A stretch of 64,000 bases of DNA from Coleofasciculus sp. B1-GNL1-01 (GTDB taxonomy: Bacteria > Cyanobacteriota > Cyanobacteriia > Cyanobacteriales > Coleofasciculaceae), in assembly GCA_040220235.1 (NCBI GenBank), contig JAVJTO010000118.1, one strand, 5' to 3'. The position numbers and the translations under genes are program-made. Below are positions 9,130-18,318 of the stretch, piece after piece; position 1 is the stretch's first letter; every line of letters starts with the position of its first letter. The notes beneath the pieces are model-generated. The model was not told where the DNA came from. It searched no databases and was given only the letters and a program-made list of their open reading frames with translations.

Positions 9130-10389
9130 TCATTTCACACAATTAAGCATTCGCACCGTCGCCGCCGCCGCATAATTTCGTTGGGCTTGACTATTGGGAT
9201 AAAAAGCACTCCCCCTTTCATTCAACGGAGACGCCACTCGACAATAAGCCGACATTTGAGTAATCAGGGCATCTGCCCAATGACCCTGAATATCGCTAAA
9301 CTCTAAAGCAGACTGATTAGCTGTCAGCGTCGGTTGTTGACCTTGCAGGGTTAAGGCAAACTCCGCCGCCCGTCGTTCCATTGCCATCAGTTCAGCGCGA
9401 GTCACTGGTTGTGTAGGTCGAAATTTTCCATCCGCATAACCACTGATGATATTATTATCCCGCGCCCATTGAATTTTTGCCGCACTCCATCGGGAGGGAT
9501 TAACATCAGGATAAGGGGCAAAGGTCACTTGCTCAGGAAGTTCTAAATCGGCGTTGGGGAGTTGATTCAATGCTTCAAAAATAATCGAAACCAATTGTTC
9601 ACGAGTTAACGCCGCTTGGGGTCTGAATGTGTTATCTTCTCTGAATCCAGCAATAAATCCCATTGCCACGGCTTGCTGAATTTCATTGGCATAAATGTCA
9701 TTGGCAACATCGGGAAAGGTTACGACTGGATTGCCAGTCCCTGAACCTGTGCCTGGATTAGCACCTGTATTAGACCCCGTACCGGAACCTGTGTCTGGAT
9801 TAGAACCTGTACCGGAACCGCCACCTGTACCAATACTGCTTAAGGGTTGACTACTTGCCAGATAAATATGACCCAATGGTTTACCTTGATAGGAACGTCG
9901 GGCAAAGTCCCAACCGGGTTCTAAAACTATCTTGACAAACCCATTGGCTAATCCTTGGGTTCTACCCACTATAACTTCTGGGGCGCTGCGATCGCGGCTA
10001 TTGGTTCCTATCAGTACCAATTCACCATTGCGTTCAACGATTCTGAGTAAATAATCTAAGCCCAAATCTTCACCCGCCATGCGGATGGAATAGCCATTAC
10101 TATCCGTACTACGTCCGCAAATCCCACTAAAGTCAAAGTTTAATAATAAGGGATCTACGGTAACCGGATTACTGCCACTTTCACTCCAACACTGCCGCGC
10201 ATTGCTTTTTTGTTCAATAATCAGCAGTTGATGGGAACTCTCGCCAAAAGGTGCAGCCACGGCAATAAATTTATTTTGATCAACTGGAATTTGCTCAAAT
10301 GTCGCCGCCACTGATTTATTCGCGATTAGGCTAGATAGGGCGATCGTGGCTAGGGTGGCTACTTGTGTAAAAAATGCACGCTTTCTCAT
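9130..10389 (-). CDS. Secreted DUF3747-like + S-layer homology (SLH) domain protein
   Basis: Signal peptide after MRKRAFF; N-terminal domain VDPLLLNFDFSGICGRSTDSNGYSIR; Gly/Thr/Ser linker; SLH repeats (FRPQAALTREQ, GYADGKFRPTQPVTRAE). Confidence 0.85.
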   Translation of the reverse strand: MRKRAFFTQVATLATIALSSLIANKSVAATFEQIPVDQNKFIAVAAPFGESSHQLLIIEQKSNARQCWSESGSNPVTVDPLLLNFDFSGICGRSTDSNGYSIRMAGEDLGLDYLLRIVERNGELVLIGTNSRDRSAPEVIVGRTQGLANGFVKIVLEPGWDFARRSYQGKPLGHIYLASSQPLSSIGTGGGSGTGSNPDTGSGTGSNTGANPGTGSGTGNPVVTFPDVANDIYANEIQQAVAMGFIAGFREDNTFRPQAALTREQLVSIIFEALNQLPNADLELPEQVTFAPYPDVNPSRWSAAKIQWARDNNIISGYADGKFRPTQPVTRAELMAMERRAAEFALTLQGQQPTLTANQSALEFSDIQGHWADALITQMSAYCRVASPLNERGSAFYPNSQAQRNYAAAATVRMLNCVK

Positions 10390-10635
10390 CTTGTCTACTT
10401 CGATCCTTTGATTGTGTAGTCCTTCAACTTTCCTCTGCACAAAGCCTTTGATGACTCTTGTGTATAAAAGTTTCCCAGATTCCTCGGTACTTAGCGTGTA
10501 TTTAATATCTCGTAACAATCAACCGGATCAGGTGTACCCCTGTGAAACAAAAGAAAGTATCACAAGCTGAACCCCTGTCCCTGGAACCCTTACCCATGAT
10601 CGGGGAAAACGTTTCACACTTACAGGTCACAGGAT

Positions 10636-11406
10636 ATGTTATTTAACTTTATCGGATGGAGTGGCGCATTGGGAATCATCACCCTACTGATATTTGGCAT
10701 CCTGCAATGGTTGCATATCAGCGCCGGACATTTTCTGGATTGGGTGATTGGAGTGGCTAGCTTTTGGTGGCTGTTGGTGGTTGTGACAGTTCCCTGGAAT
10801 GTCCACTTTGAAGCCAAGTCGGTTTTGGCAGATGCGGCGCAATCGGCGGAAAAGGGGATTCAGATAGACACCAAACAGGTTAATTATGCTCAAGTGGTAG
10901 CAACGCGATCGCTCTGGGTGGCGATAGCCTTACATATTCTATCTGCGATTGGGCTTTATACGTTAGCGGCGATGGGGATTAGTGCGGTAGGGTATGTGAG
11001 TTCGGGTGCAGCATTGTTGTTAACCGCCTTACGCCCAGCGATTCGACTCTATGAGTATTTAGCCGCCCGTTTAGCGATGATTCGCCAGGAGTTTAAGTAT
11101 CCGCGTGAGGATGTGTACCAATTGCGCGATCGCGTCTCAAATTTAGAACAGGATATCAGACAGATTCAACCCCAACTCGATCCCGAAAATGAGCATTCCT
11201 GGGTGGCGATGCAGAACCGTAACTGGGAAGAAAGCCGTAAAGATATCGCCCGACTCCGCGCTTCTTTTGATCAACTCGAAGCCCAGAATGAGGCTGAACA
11301 CAGGCGTTTAGCCCGGGAAGCCCAACAAGCGATCGCGCAATTAACCACAGATAGTCAATTCCTGGATCATGTTCGCGAAATTATTCGCTTTTTCAAGACA
11401 GCTTAA
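10636..11406 (+). CDS. Hypothetical membrane protein (about 4 TM helices + C-terminal coiled coil)
   Basis: 256-aa ORF with a hydrophobic N-half and a heptad-rich C-half. Confidence 0.75.
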   Translation: MLFNFIGWSGALGIITLLIFGILQWLHISAGHFLDWVIGVASFWWLLVVVTVPWNVHFEAKSVLADAAQSAEKGIQIDTKQVNYAQVVATRSLWVAIALHILSAIGLYTLAAMGISAVGYVSSGAALLLTALRPAIRLYEYLAARLAMIRQEFKYPREDVYQLRDRVSNLEQDIRQIQPQLDPENEHSWVAMQNRNWEESRKDIARLRASFDQLEAQNEAEHRRLAREAQQAIAQLTTDSQFLDHVREIIRFFKTA

Positions 11407-11450
11407 TTTGTCATTCGTCATTCGTTATTTGGTTCAAATCGAAACGACAA

Positions 11451-12140
11451 GAGGGCGGGTTTTGTTGATCAGTTGTGGGTACACCCGTTCAGTAAACGGC
11501 TAAACCCGCCCCTACAATTAACCGTCTCTAACCATCCAAATTAGAAATCCGAGAATCTGATCAACTGGGGGTAACGGATAATCAGTTAGCGCGATCGTTA
11601 CCGTTTGTCCCTCCAGAAACAAAAAGAGGGCGGGTTTTGTTGATCAGTTATGGGTACACCCGTTCAGTAAACGGCTAAACCCGCCCCTACAATTAACCGT
11701 CTCTAACCATCCAAATTAGAAATCCCAGAATCTGATCAACTGGAGGTAACGGATAATCAGTTAGCGCGATCGTTACTGTTTGTCCCTCCAAAAACAAAAA
11801 GAGGGCGGGTTTTGTTGATCAGTTGTGGGTAAACCCCTTCAGTAAACGGCTAAACCCGCCCCTACAATTAACCGTCTCTAACCATCCAAATTAGAAATCC
11901 CAGAATCTGATCAACTGGAGGTAACGGATAATCGGTTAGCGCGATCGTTACTGTTTGTCCCTCCAAAAACAAAAAGAGGGCGGGTTTTGTTGATCAGTTG
12001 TGGGTAAACTCGTTCAGTAAACGGCTAAACCCGCCCCTACAATTAACCGTCTCTAACCATCCAAATTAGAAATCCCAGAATCTGATCAACTGGAGGTAAC
12101 GGATAATCAGTTAGCGCGATCGTTACTGTTTGTCCCTCCA
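11451..12140. repeat. Tandem array of four 175-bp units, each with a REP-like stem-loop
   Basis: GAGGGCGGGTTTTG starts at 11451, 11626, 11801 and 11976; units are near-identical. Confidence 0.97.
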
Positions 12141-12312
12141 GCTTCTAACGTTCGGTTGAATACCCATAATTATGGTGAGGGGGTGAGGGGGTGAGGGGGA
12201 GAAGTTTTTATTATGGGTGATGAAGCCGGACAGCATATAACTTGTCCCAGTCCGTTTTAACGGACTTTAGCTATAAGCCTTTAAATTGATTTCAAGGCGG
12301 TGGAACTTATTT

Positions 12313-13665
12313 CTACTCTTCATTCAAATCTAGAGGAATCTCAATCACAAATTCTGTCCCTTTTCCCCGTTGACTATTCATCTGTAACTGACCTTTATGC
12401 TTTTCGACAATAATCTGATAACTAATAGCCAAACCTAAACCTGTTCCTGAACCCACAGGCTTTGTCGTAAAAAAGGGATCAAAGACTTGGCGTTTGACCT
12501 CATCCTTCATCCCTGAACCATTATCGGCAATTTTAATCACCACATTGGTATTGTCTTTAATTTCTGTACAAATCCAAATCGTTGGTGTTGGCGGATTCGA
12601 TTCAAACCCATTGTTTCCTGTTCTCCATTTCTCTTTCTCCTGATCAATGGCTTCAATGGCATTGGTGATAATAGACGTAAATACTTGGTTAAGCTGACCC
12701 CCATAACAGCCAATTTTAGGCAGATCGCTATACTCTTTAATCACTCGAATAGCTGGTCGGTCTGACTGAGATTTAAGACAGTGCTGTAACAAAAACAGGG
12801 TATTATCAATTCCTTGATGAATATCCGTTAACTTAAATTCTGATTCATCCAAATGGGAAAAACTCCGCAGCAACAGAATAATCTGACAGATTCGTTCCGC
12901 CCCCACTTGCATTGAGTTAAGGATTTTGGGTAAATCGGACTGCAAAAAAGCCAGGTCAATGGCTTCAGTTTCTGCAACAATCTCGGGGCTAGGATTGTTG
13001 TAGGTACGTTGATAAGAATGAAGTAAATGTAAAAGTTCTTCCAGATAAGTTTTTGTAATCGAGGCATTACTGTAGATAAAATTCAACGGATTATTAATCT
13101 CATGGGCGATTCCGGCAACCATCCGACCCAAACTTGACATTTTTTCGGATTGAATAAGTTGAAGTTGGGTTTGTTGTAATTTCTTTAATGCCTGCTCAAG
13201 TTCTAAGGATCGTTGCCGTTCTTTCTCTTGTGAATATAATAGTTTTTGATTTTGGTCAAGGAGTCGCTTTTGTAGATTTCTCAAGGCGAGATGGGTTTGG
13301 ACACGACATAATACTTCTTCGGGTTGTAGGGGTTTAGTGATATAATCAACCGCACCAATTTTAAATCCTTGAACTTTATCGACGGTATCGGAGAGTGCGG
13401 TCATAAAAATTACGGGAATATCTTGAGTCGATGGATCAGATTTTAGACATTTACAGGTTGTAAATCCATCCAATCCCGGCATCATTACATCTAATAAAAT
13501 CAGATCCGGCTGGGCATATTGCACTTGTTCAATCGCACTTTCTCCATCTAAGGCGACTAAGACTTTGAAGTCAGATTTCGTTAAATACTCAAAGAGAAAC
13601 CCTAAATTAGTGGGGTTATCATCGACAATAAGCAGTTTGCTTTTATCTGGAAGTTGAAGGATCAT
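12313..13665 (-). CDS. Receiver-HisKA-HATPase hybrid histidine kinase
   Basis: LLIVDDNP, DLILLDVMMP and DYITKP; SEKMSSLGRMVAGIAHEINNP, NAIEA, DNGSG, FFTTKPVGSGTGLGL. Start chosen at MILQL. Confidence 0.92.
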   Translation of the reverse strand: MILQLPDKSKLLIVDDNPTNLGFLFEYLTKSDFKVLVALDGESAIEQVQYAQPDLILLDVMMPGLDGFTTCKCLKSDPSTQDIPVIFMTALSDTVDKVQGFKIGAVDYITKPLQPEEVLCRVQTHLALRNLQKRLLDQNQKLLYSQEKERQRSLELEQALKKLQQTQLQLIQSEKMSSLGRMVAGIAHEINNPLNFIYSNASITKTYLEELLHLLHSYQRTYNNPSPEIVAETEAIDLAFLQSDLPKILNSMQVGAERICQIILLLRSFSHLDESEFKLTDIHQGIDNTLFLLQHCLKSQSDRPAIRVIKEYSDLPKIGCYGGQLNQVFTSIITNAIEAIDQEKEKWRTGNNGFESNPPTPTIWICTEIKDNTNVVIKIADNGSGMKDEVKRQVFDPFFTTKPVGSGTGLGLAISYQIIVEKHKGQLQMNSQRGKGTEFVIEIPLDLNEE

Positions 13666-13834
13666 AAGGAATAATAAATGATGAAACAAGCAACCAACCA
13701 AGACATATAGTGATTAATAGGGTAATGGTTTGGCTAAAAAGATGTAATTAAGAATTCCCAGAATACCCCTGATGGCTGAATAATGGATTTGCCTTAGAGG
13801 AGAAGGAATACAATGAACCATGAACCATAAACTA

Positions 13835-16800
13835 TCAACCATCACCAAGATGATCTTGAATCAGTTCCCGTAGTTGTTTCAATCGAAACCCTCTCGCTAA
13901 CTGGCAAATTTGGCTGGTTAAGGGTTCAAATTGCGAATTGTGTTGGGCTAGAGATTCAGCGCGTTCGATAATGCCTTGGATATCCCCCATTTTAACTAAA
14001 TCAGCTAACGCCTTAATTTCTGATGAAGGTAGGGAAATAATCGGCGTCTGCGTTAGAGTAGCCGCCTCAGTTGGGGAGGGGAATTGAGGTTGGGAATAAA
14101 TCCATTCTAGGTTTAAATGGTGCGCGATCGCATCGAGAAGTTGCTGGGTTTCCACAGGCTTGGCGAGAAAACCTCGACACCCGGCGGCGAGACTCTCCTG
14201 CTGAATCTGGGGGTAGACACTGGCAGAAAGCGCGATCGCGACGATATCCTTATCCTGAAGTTGGGGTAATGCTAGCATTCGGCGTGTGGTTTCCAATCCA
14301 TCCATTTCTGGCATCACTAAGTCGATTAAAATTAGATCAGGATAACATTCGACAACCTTCTGCAAACAGTCTAGACCATTAACCGCCTCTATTATTTCAA
14401 ACCCTAAAGGCTTTAGCATCGCCCGCAAGAGAGTACGATTCACTCTATTATCATCTACAATCATTAATTTCCGTTTGTCCCCTTTGAAGCCTGTAATCCG
14501 GCGTTTATTAGAAGGATTCGGTTCGTGCCATCCTGAGACTAAGGGTAAATTAATATCAAACCAGAATGTACTGCCGTTACCGGGAATACTCTTAACTTTA
14601 ATTTCACTCCCCATCAGTTGAATTAATTTCTGGCTAATCGCCAATCCCAATCCCGTTCCTTCAGTCGCATGGCTATGATCACTGACTTGATGGAAGGGTA
14701 AAAAGATTTTGGTTAATTGACTCAAATCAATGCCCACACCTGTATCTTTAACTTGAAAACGAATGGTTTGAAAGTGTTGACCCTTCCCCACCATCGAGTA
14801 AACCGAGTTTGTCGGGGCGGGTTTAGGGACTTGATTGTGACTATTGATGGTATCCTTTGTATAAAACCCGCCCTGACTAAGTTTTGATTCAAGGGCAGAA
14901 TTTCTACAAGCCGATTTTACATCGGTTCGATTAACAACACTCACCGTAAATGTTACCTCACCCCCATCCGTAAACTTAATCGCATTACTGAGTAAATTAC
15001 ACAGAACCTGTCGCAATCGTTTGTTATCTGCCATCACCCCATTAGGAAGTGGTGAAAGCACTTGATAGGTAAAGATAATATCTTTTTGTTGGGCACGTAA
15101 CTGGAACAAATCAGCCAGACTATGGAGAAAGTTGGGCAAGTGAAACTCTGTGGGATAGAGTTCCATCTTTTGCGCTTCAATTTTAGCTAAGTCGAGAATG
15201 TCATTAATTAACGTGAGTAGGTGTTCACCACATTGGTGAATAATGTTCAAATTATGGTGCTGTGGATTGGTTAACGTTGTATCTTGTTTGAGCAGTTGAG
15301 CATACCCTAAAATACCATTCAATGGCGTGCGGAGTTCATGACTCATATTAGTCAAGAATTCGCTTTTGGCACGGTTGGCAATTTCGCTGCGTTTGGCTTC
15401 TCGAACTGCCACTTCTTTCGCTTGCTGGAGGGCTTCTTCGGCTTGCTTGCGTTCGGTAATATCTAAATAGGCAACAACGACACCCGAATCGCGTAACGGA
15501 ATCGGTGAAGCTGTCGCACTAATCCAGGTAATTTTTCCATCTGGCTTAACGATTCCAGCTTCATGGTTTTTGATCACTTGGTTTTGAATTAAGGCTTTGA
15601 CATTGGCAAATTCTGATCGGGGCATTATTGTGCCATCGGGTCGGATCACGTTCAATTGTGGCGTCACATATTTAGCATTAATTCGGTCAGAAACCGATAA
15701 GCCTAAAATTTTCTCACTCGCCGCATTCGCTTCAATCAAATTCCCCTGTTTATCGGTGATTGAAATCCCAATCGGTAAGATTTGAAACAGGGTTTTATAT
15801 TTTTGTTGGCTTTCCCGTAATGCCTTTTCCATGCGCTTGCGATCGCTAACGTCAATGTAGGCAATGGCAACGCCATAATCAGCGAGAGGAATGGGGGCGG
15901 CGGTGACGCTAATCCAAGTGATTTTATCCTTGGCTTTAACGATTCCCATTTCCATATTTTCAATGACTCGGTTTTCGGTTAAAGCGCGAACACTAGCAAA
16001 TTCAGAGGCTGGCATGGGCGTACCATCGAGTCGAATAATAGACCAATTGGGAGCATCATAAGTGCGACTGGTGTGTTCTTGGCGGGATAATCCTAAAATT
16101 TCCTCACTGGCGGAATTGGCTTCAATAATATTTCCCCCTTTATCAGTAATGGAAATACCAATCGGAAAGATTTGAAACAGGGTTTTATATTTCTGCTGAC
16201 TTTCTCGCAATACTTCTTCCATTTGTTTGCGATCATTGATATCCTCACAAACCACGGCAATATATCGGGGTGAACCCTCTTCATCTTTAATCATCGATAC
16301 CGTGATCCGCCCCCAAACACAAGCACCATCTTGGCGCAGATAGCGTTTATCAATGGTGTAGTTTGTGCGTTTTCCGCACACGATTGAATCAAATAAGTCG
16401 GTATCCAGAGATAAGTCTTCCGGGTGAGTCAAACCCGAAAAATGCATCCCGACGATTTCATCCGGGGAGTAGCCTAAGAACCGACAATTGGCTTCGTTTG
16501 CTGTCAGAATATACCCGTTGAGATCTAGCAGGGCAATTCCCACCGAGACATTCTCAAAAATAGATCGAAATTGTTCTTCACTCTCTCGTAACGTTTTTTC
16601 CGCCTGTTGGCGATCGCGAATTTCCCGTTTGAGTTCTTCGTTAGCTTGCTGTAAGGCTTCGGTGCGTTCTTTCACCCGTTGTTCTAATTCAGCATTCAAG
16701 CTTAATATTTTTGCTTCGGCTAATTTTATTGTGGTAATATCGGTAGCGACACCTAAAATTTGTTGGGGTGTGCCATCGGGAGTTTTGGCAAACACTGTAT

Positions 16801-17536
16801 CTCGGCTATAAAGCCAGCACCATTCCCCATTCGCCCGACGCATTCGGTATTCAGTTTCAATAATTTCGCGATCGGAAGCTGTCGCCAAGCGTTCAATTCG
16901 TGCCGACAATTTGGCTAAATCCTCCGGGTGCATCAGTTGAGGAAACAGGCTTTCTCCCATGGCTTGTACTGTTTCCGGAGAATAGCCCAAAATTTCAGTA
17001 ATCGTCCGATTACTATAGATATTCCGCTGTTCGATGATGTCGTAAATATAAACAATAGCGGAAATAGATTGACTGATTTGTTCAACGAAATTCTGGGATT
17101 GCCGTAATGCCTTTTCCGCTTGCTGATGTTCAGTTACATCTCGCAACACTAATAGATGATGATCCGGCAACATATTGGCAGTACCTTCTAACTCTACATC
17201 TCGTTGAGTTCCATCGGCACGCCACAGACAAAAGTTATAGGTGATTCGCCCTTGGGCGAGAAAGGAACGCCAGTTGTGAAGACTAATTGGAGTAGTTTCC
17301 ACTATAGTGCGATGCAGCAGTTGATCCTCAGACAATTTAAATAACTCACCCGCCGCCCGATTGACTCTGAGGAATTTTCCCTGGCTATCAGCAACCACCA
17401 TAGCATCCAGGGAGTCATTGAAGATTGCTAGAAACGCACAAGCCTCAGAATCCCCCTTTTGTTCCTGAAACGGGCATGACGTCGGGTTGGCGGGTTGGCT
17501 TTGACTGGGGTTGCTAGCAGAGTAATGGATAACCAT
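13835..17536 (-). CDS. Multi-PAS hybrid sensor kinase with C-terminal receiver
   Basis: Five PAS-like repeats; KSEFLTNMSHELRTPLNG, NAIKFT, DTGVG, GTGLGL; receiver MIVDDN...IDLVMP...KP. Confidence 0.93.
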   Translation of the reverse strand: MVIHYSASNPSQSQPANPTSCPFQEQKGDSEACAFLAIFNDSLDAMVVADSQGKFLRVNRAAGELFKLSEDQLLHRTIVETTPISLHNWRSFLAQGRITYNFCLWRADGTQRDVELEGTANMLPDHHLLVLRDVTEHQQAEKALRQSQNFVEQISQSISAIVYIYDIIEQRNIYSNRTITEILGYSPETVQAMGESLFPQLMHPEDLAKLSARIERLATASDREIIETEYRMRRANGEWCWLYSRDTVFAKTPDGTPQQILGVATDITTIKLAEAKILSLNAELEQRVKERTEALQQANEELKREIRDRQQAEKTLRESEEQFRSIFENVSVGIALLDLNGYILTANEANCRFLGYSPDEIVGMHFSGLTHPEDLSLDTDLFDSIVCGKRTNYTIDKRYLRQDGACVWGRITVSMIKDEEGSPRYIAVVCEDINDRKQMEEVLRESQQKYKTLFQIFPIGISITDKGGNIIEANSASEEILGLSRQEHTSRTYDAPNWSIIRLDGTPMPASEFASVRALTENRVIENMEMGIVKAKDKITWISVTAAPIPLADYGVAIAYIDVSDRKRMEKALRESQQKYKTLFQILPIGISITDKQGNLIEANAASEKILGLSVSDRINAKYVTPQLNVIRPDGTIMPRSEFANVKALIQNQVIKNHEAGIVKPDGKITWISATASPIPLRDSGVVVAYLDITERKQAEEALQQAKEVAVREAKRSEIANRAKSEFLTNMSHELRTPLNGILGYAQLLKQDTTLTNPQHHNLNIIHQCGEHLLTLINDILDLAKIEAQKMELYPTEFHLPNFLHSLADLFQLRAQQKDIIFTYQVLSPLPNGVMADNKRLRQVLCNLLSNAIKFTDGGEVTFTVSVVNRTDVKSACRNSALESKLSQGGFYTKDTINSHNQVPKPAPTNSVYSMVGKGQHFQTIRFQVKDTGVGIDLSQLTKIFLPFHQVSDHSHATEGTGLGLAISQKLIQLMGSEIKVKSIPGNGSTFWFDINLPLVSGWHEPNPSNKRRITGFKGDKRKLMIVDDNRVNRTLLRAMLKPLGFEIIEAVNGLDCLQKVVECYPDLILIDLVMPEMDGLETTRRMLALPQLQDKDIVAIALSASVYPQIQQESLAAGCRGFLAKPVETQQLLDAIAHHLNLEWIYSQPQFPSPTEAATLTQTPIISLPSSEIKALADLVKMGDIQGIIERAESLAQHNSQFEPLTSQICQLARGFRLKQLRELIQDHLGDG

Positions 17537-17865
17537 ACTGTATTCTTGCGATCGCGTGCGTAACGTTTGCCCAAACCCGGCATTCCGCCATTGATGCGGC
17601 AGATCCTGGGTCGAGGCATACTATTATCTACAGTGCGATCGTCATCGAATCCCTATTTTGACGCCCCAGTTTAACACTGTGACCCCTGAGCCGCCTGATT
17701 GCCTACCACAAAAATAAATGGAATAGCTTTTATTTAATATTCTTTTAATACTCTTGTCTAATTCGCTACAGTCAAGACACTATAAACTTTTGAAACAGCT
17801 TTGTATCCTCAGAATTTCCTCAGATTTCGGTTTTAGTCTAGAGATAAAGCAGAGTTGTCGTAGAT

Positions 17866-17881
17866 TGTATCACACCCTACA
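17866..17881. promoter_or_regulatory. Candidate NtcA binding site
   Basis: TGTA-TCACACCC-TACA between divergent genes; no canonically spaced -10 box found. Confidence 0.35.
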
Positions 17882-17951
17882 GTCTCGTCAAACCACGCCA
17901 ATAACGGTATCGTACCGGAATTGAACTCTACTGCAAATAGGAAGGAAAAAG

Positions 17952-18185
17952 ATGTTTAGTCATACTTGTCTTTGTTGTTCACACACCTTACTCAGGCACA
18001 TTCGATCTCACCAAATTTACTGGTTCTGTCCCCATTGTTACCAATCCATGCCTGAATCCATTGAACCCTACTCACGGCTGAATGCATCCCAGCTTTTCGA
18101 GCTTTCTGTTGTCAAATCTTATAAAGTTGGTAATAGCCCACGCCAACAAGTGACCCAAGTTCCTCAAACATGCAATGTCGCCTAA
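17952..18185 (+). CDS. Small Cys-rich (zinc-ribbon-like) protein
   Basis: CLCCS...LLRHIR...YWFCPHC, a pattern typical of small cyanobacterial proteins; AAGGA RBS upstream. Confidence 0.7.
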   Translation: MFSHTCLCCSHTLLRHIRSHQIYWFCPHCYQSMPESIEPYSRLNASQLFELSVVKSYKVGNSPRQQVTQVPQTCNVA

Positions 18186-18318
18186 GGATGAAAACGTTAA
18201 TTCAATCCTTTTCTTGAAAAATTAAGATCATATTCGGTTCAATATATATAATCGAAACAAAGGAGAGAGCAGACAATCAATATCGTTTTTTAGGTTCCCC
18301 CATCGTCTAATCGTTGAT

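Noticed and set aside
9040..9306. 88-aa ORF MPIPYCLFPIP...
   Set aside because: Translation of CCTATT(C/G) heptamers plus the antisense strand of the SLH gene.
11451..12140. CRISPR array
   Set aside because: Whole 175-bp units repeat with no unique spacers, and there are no cas genes in the window.
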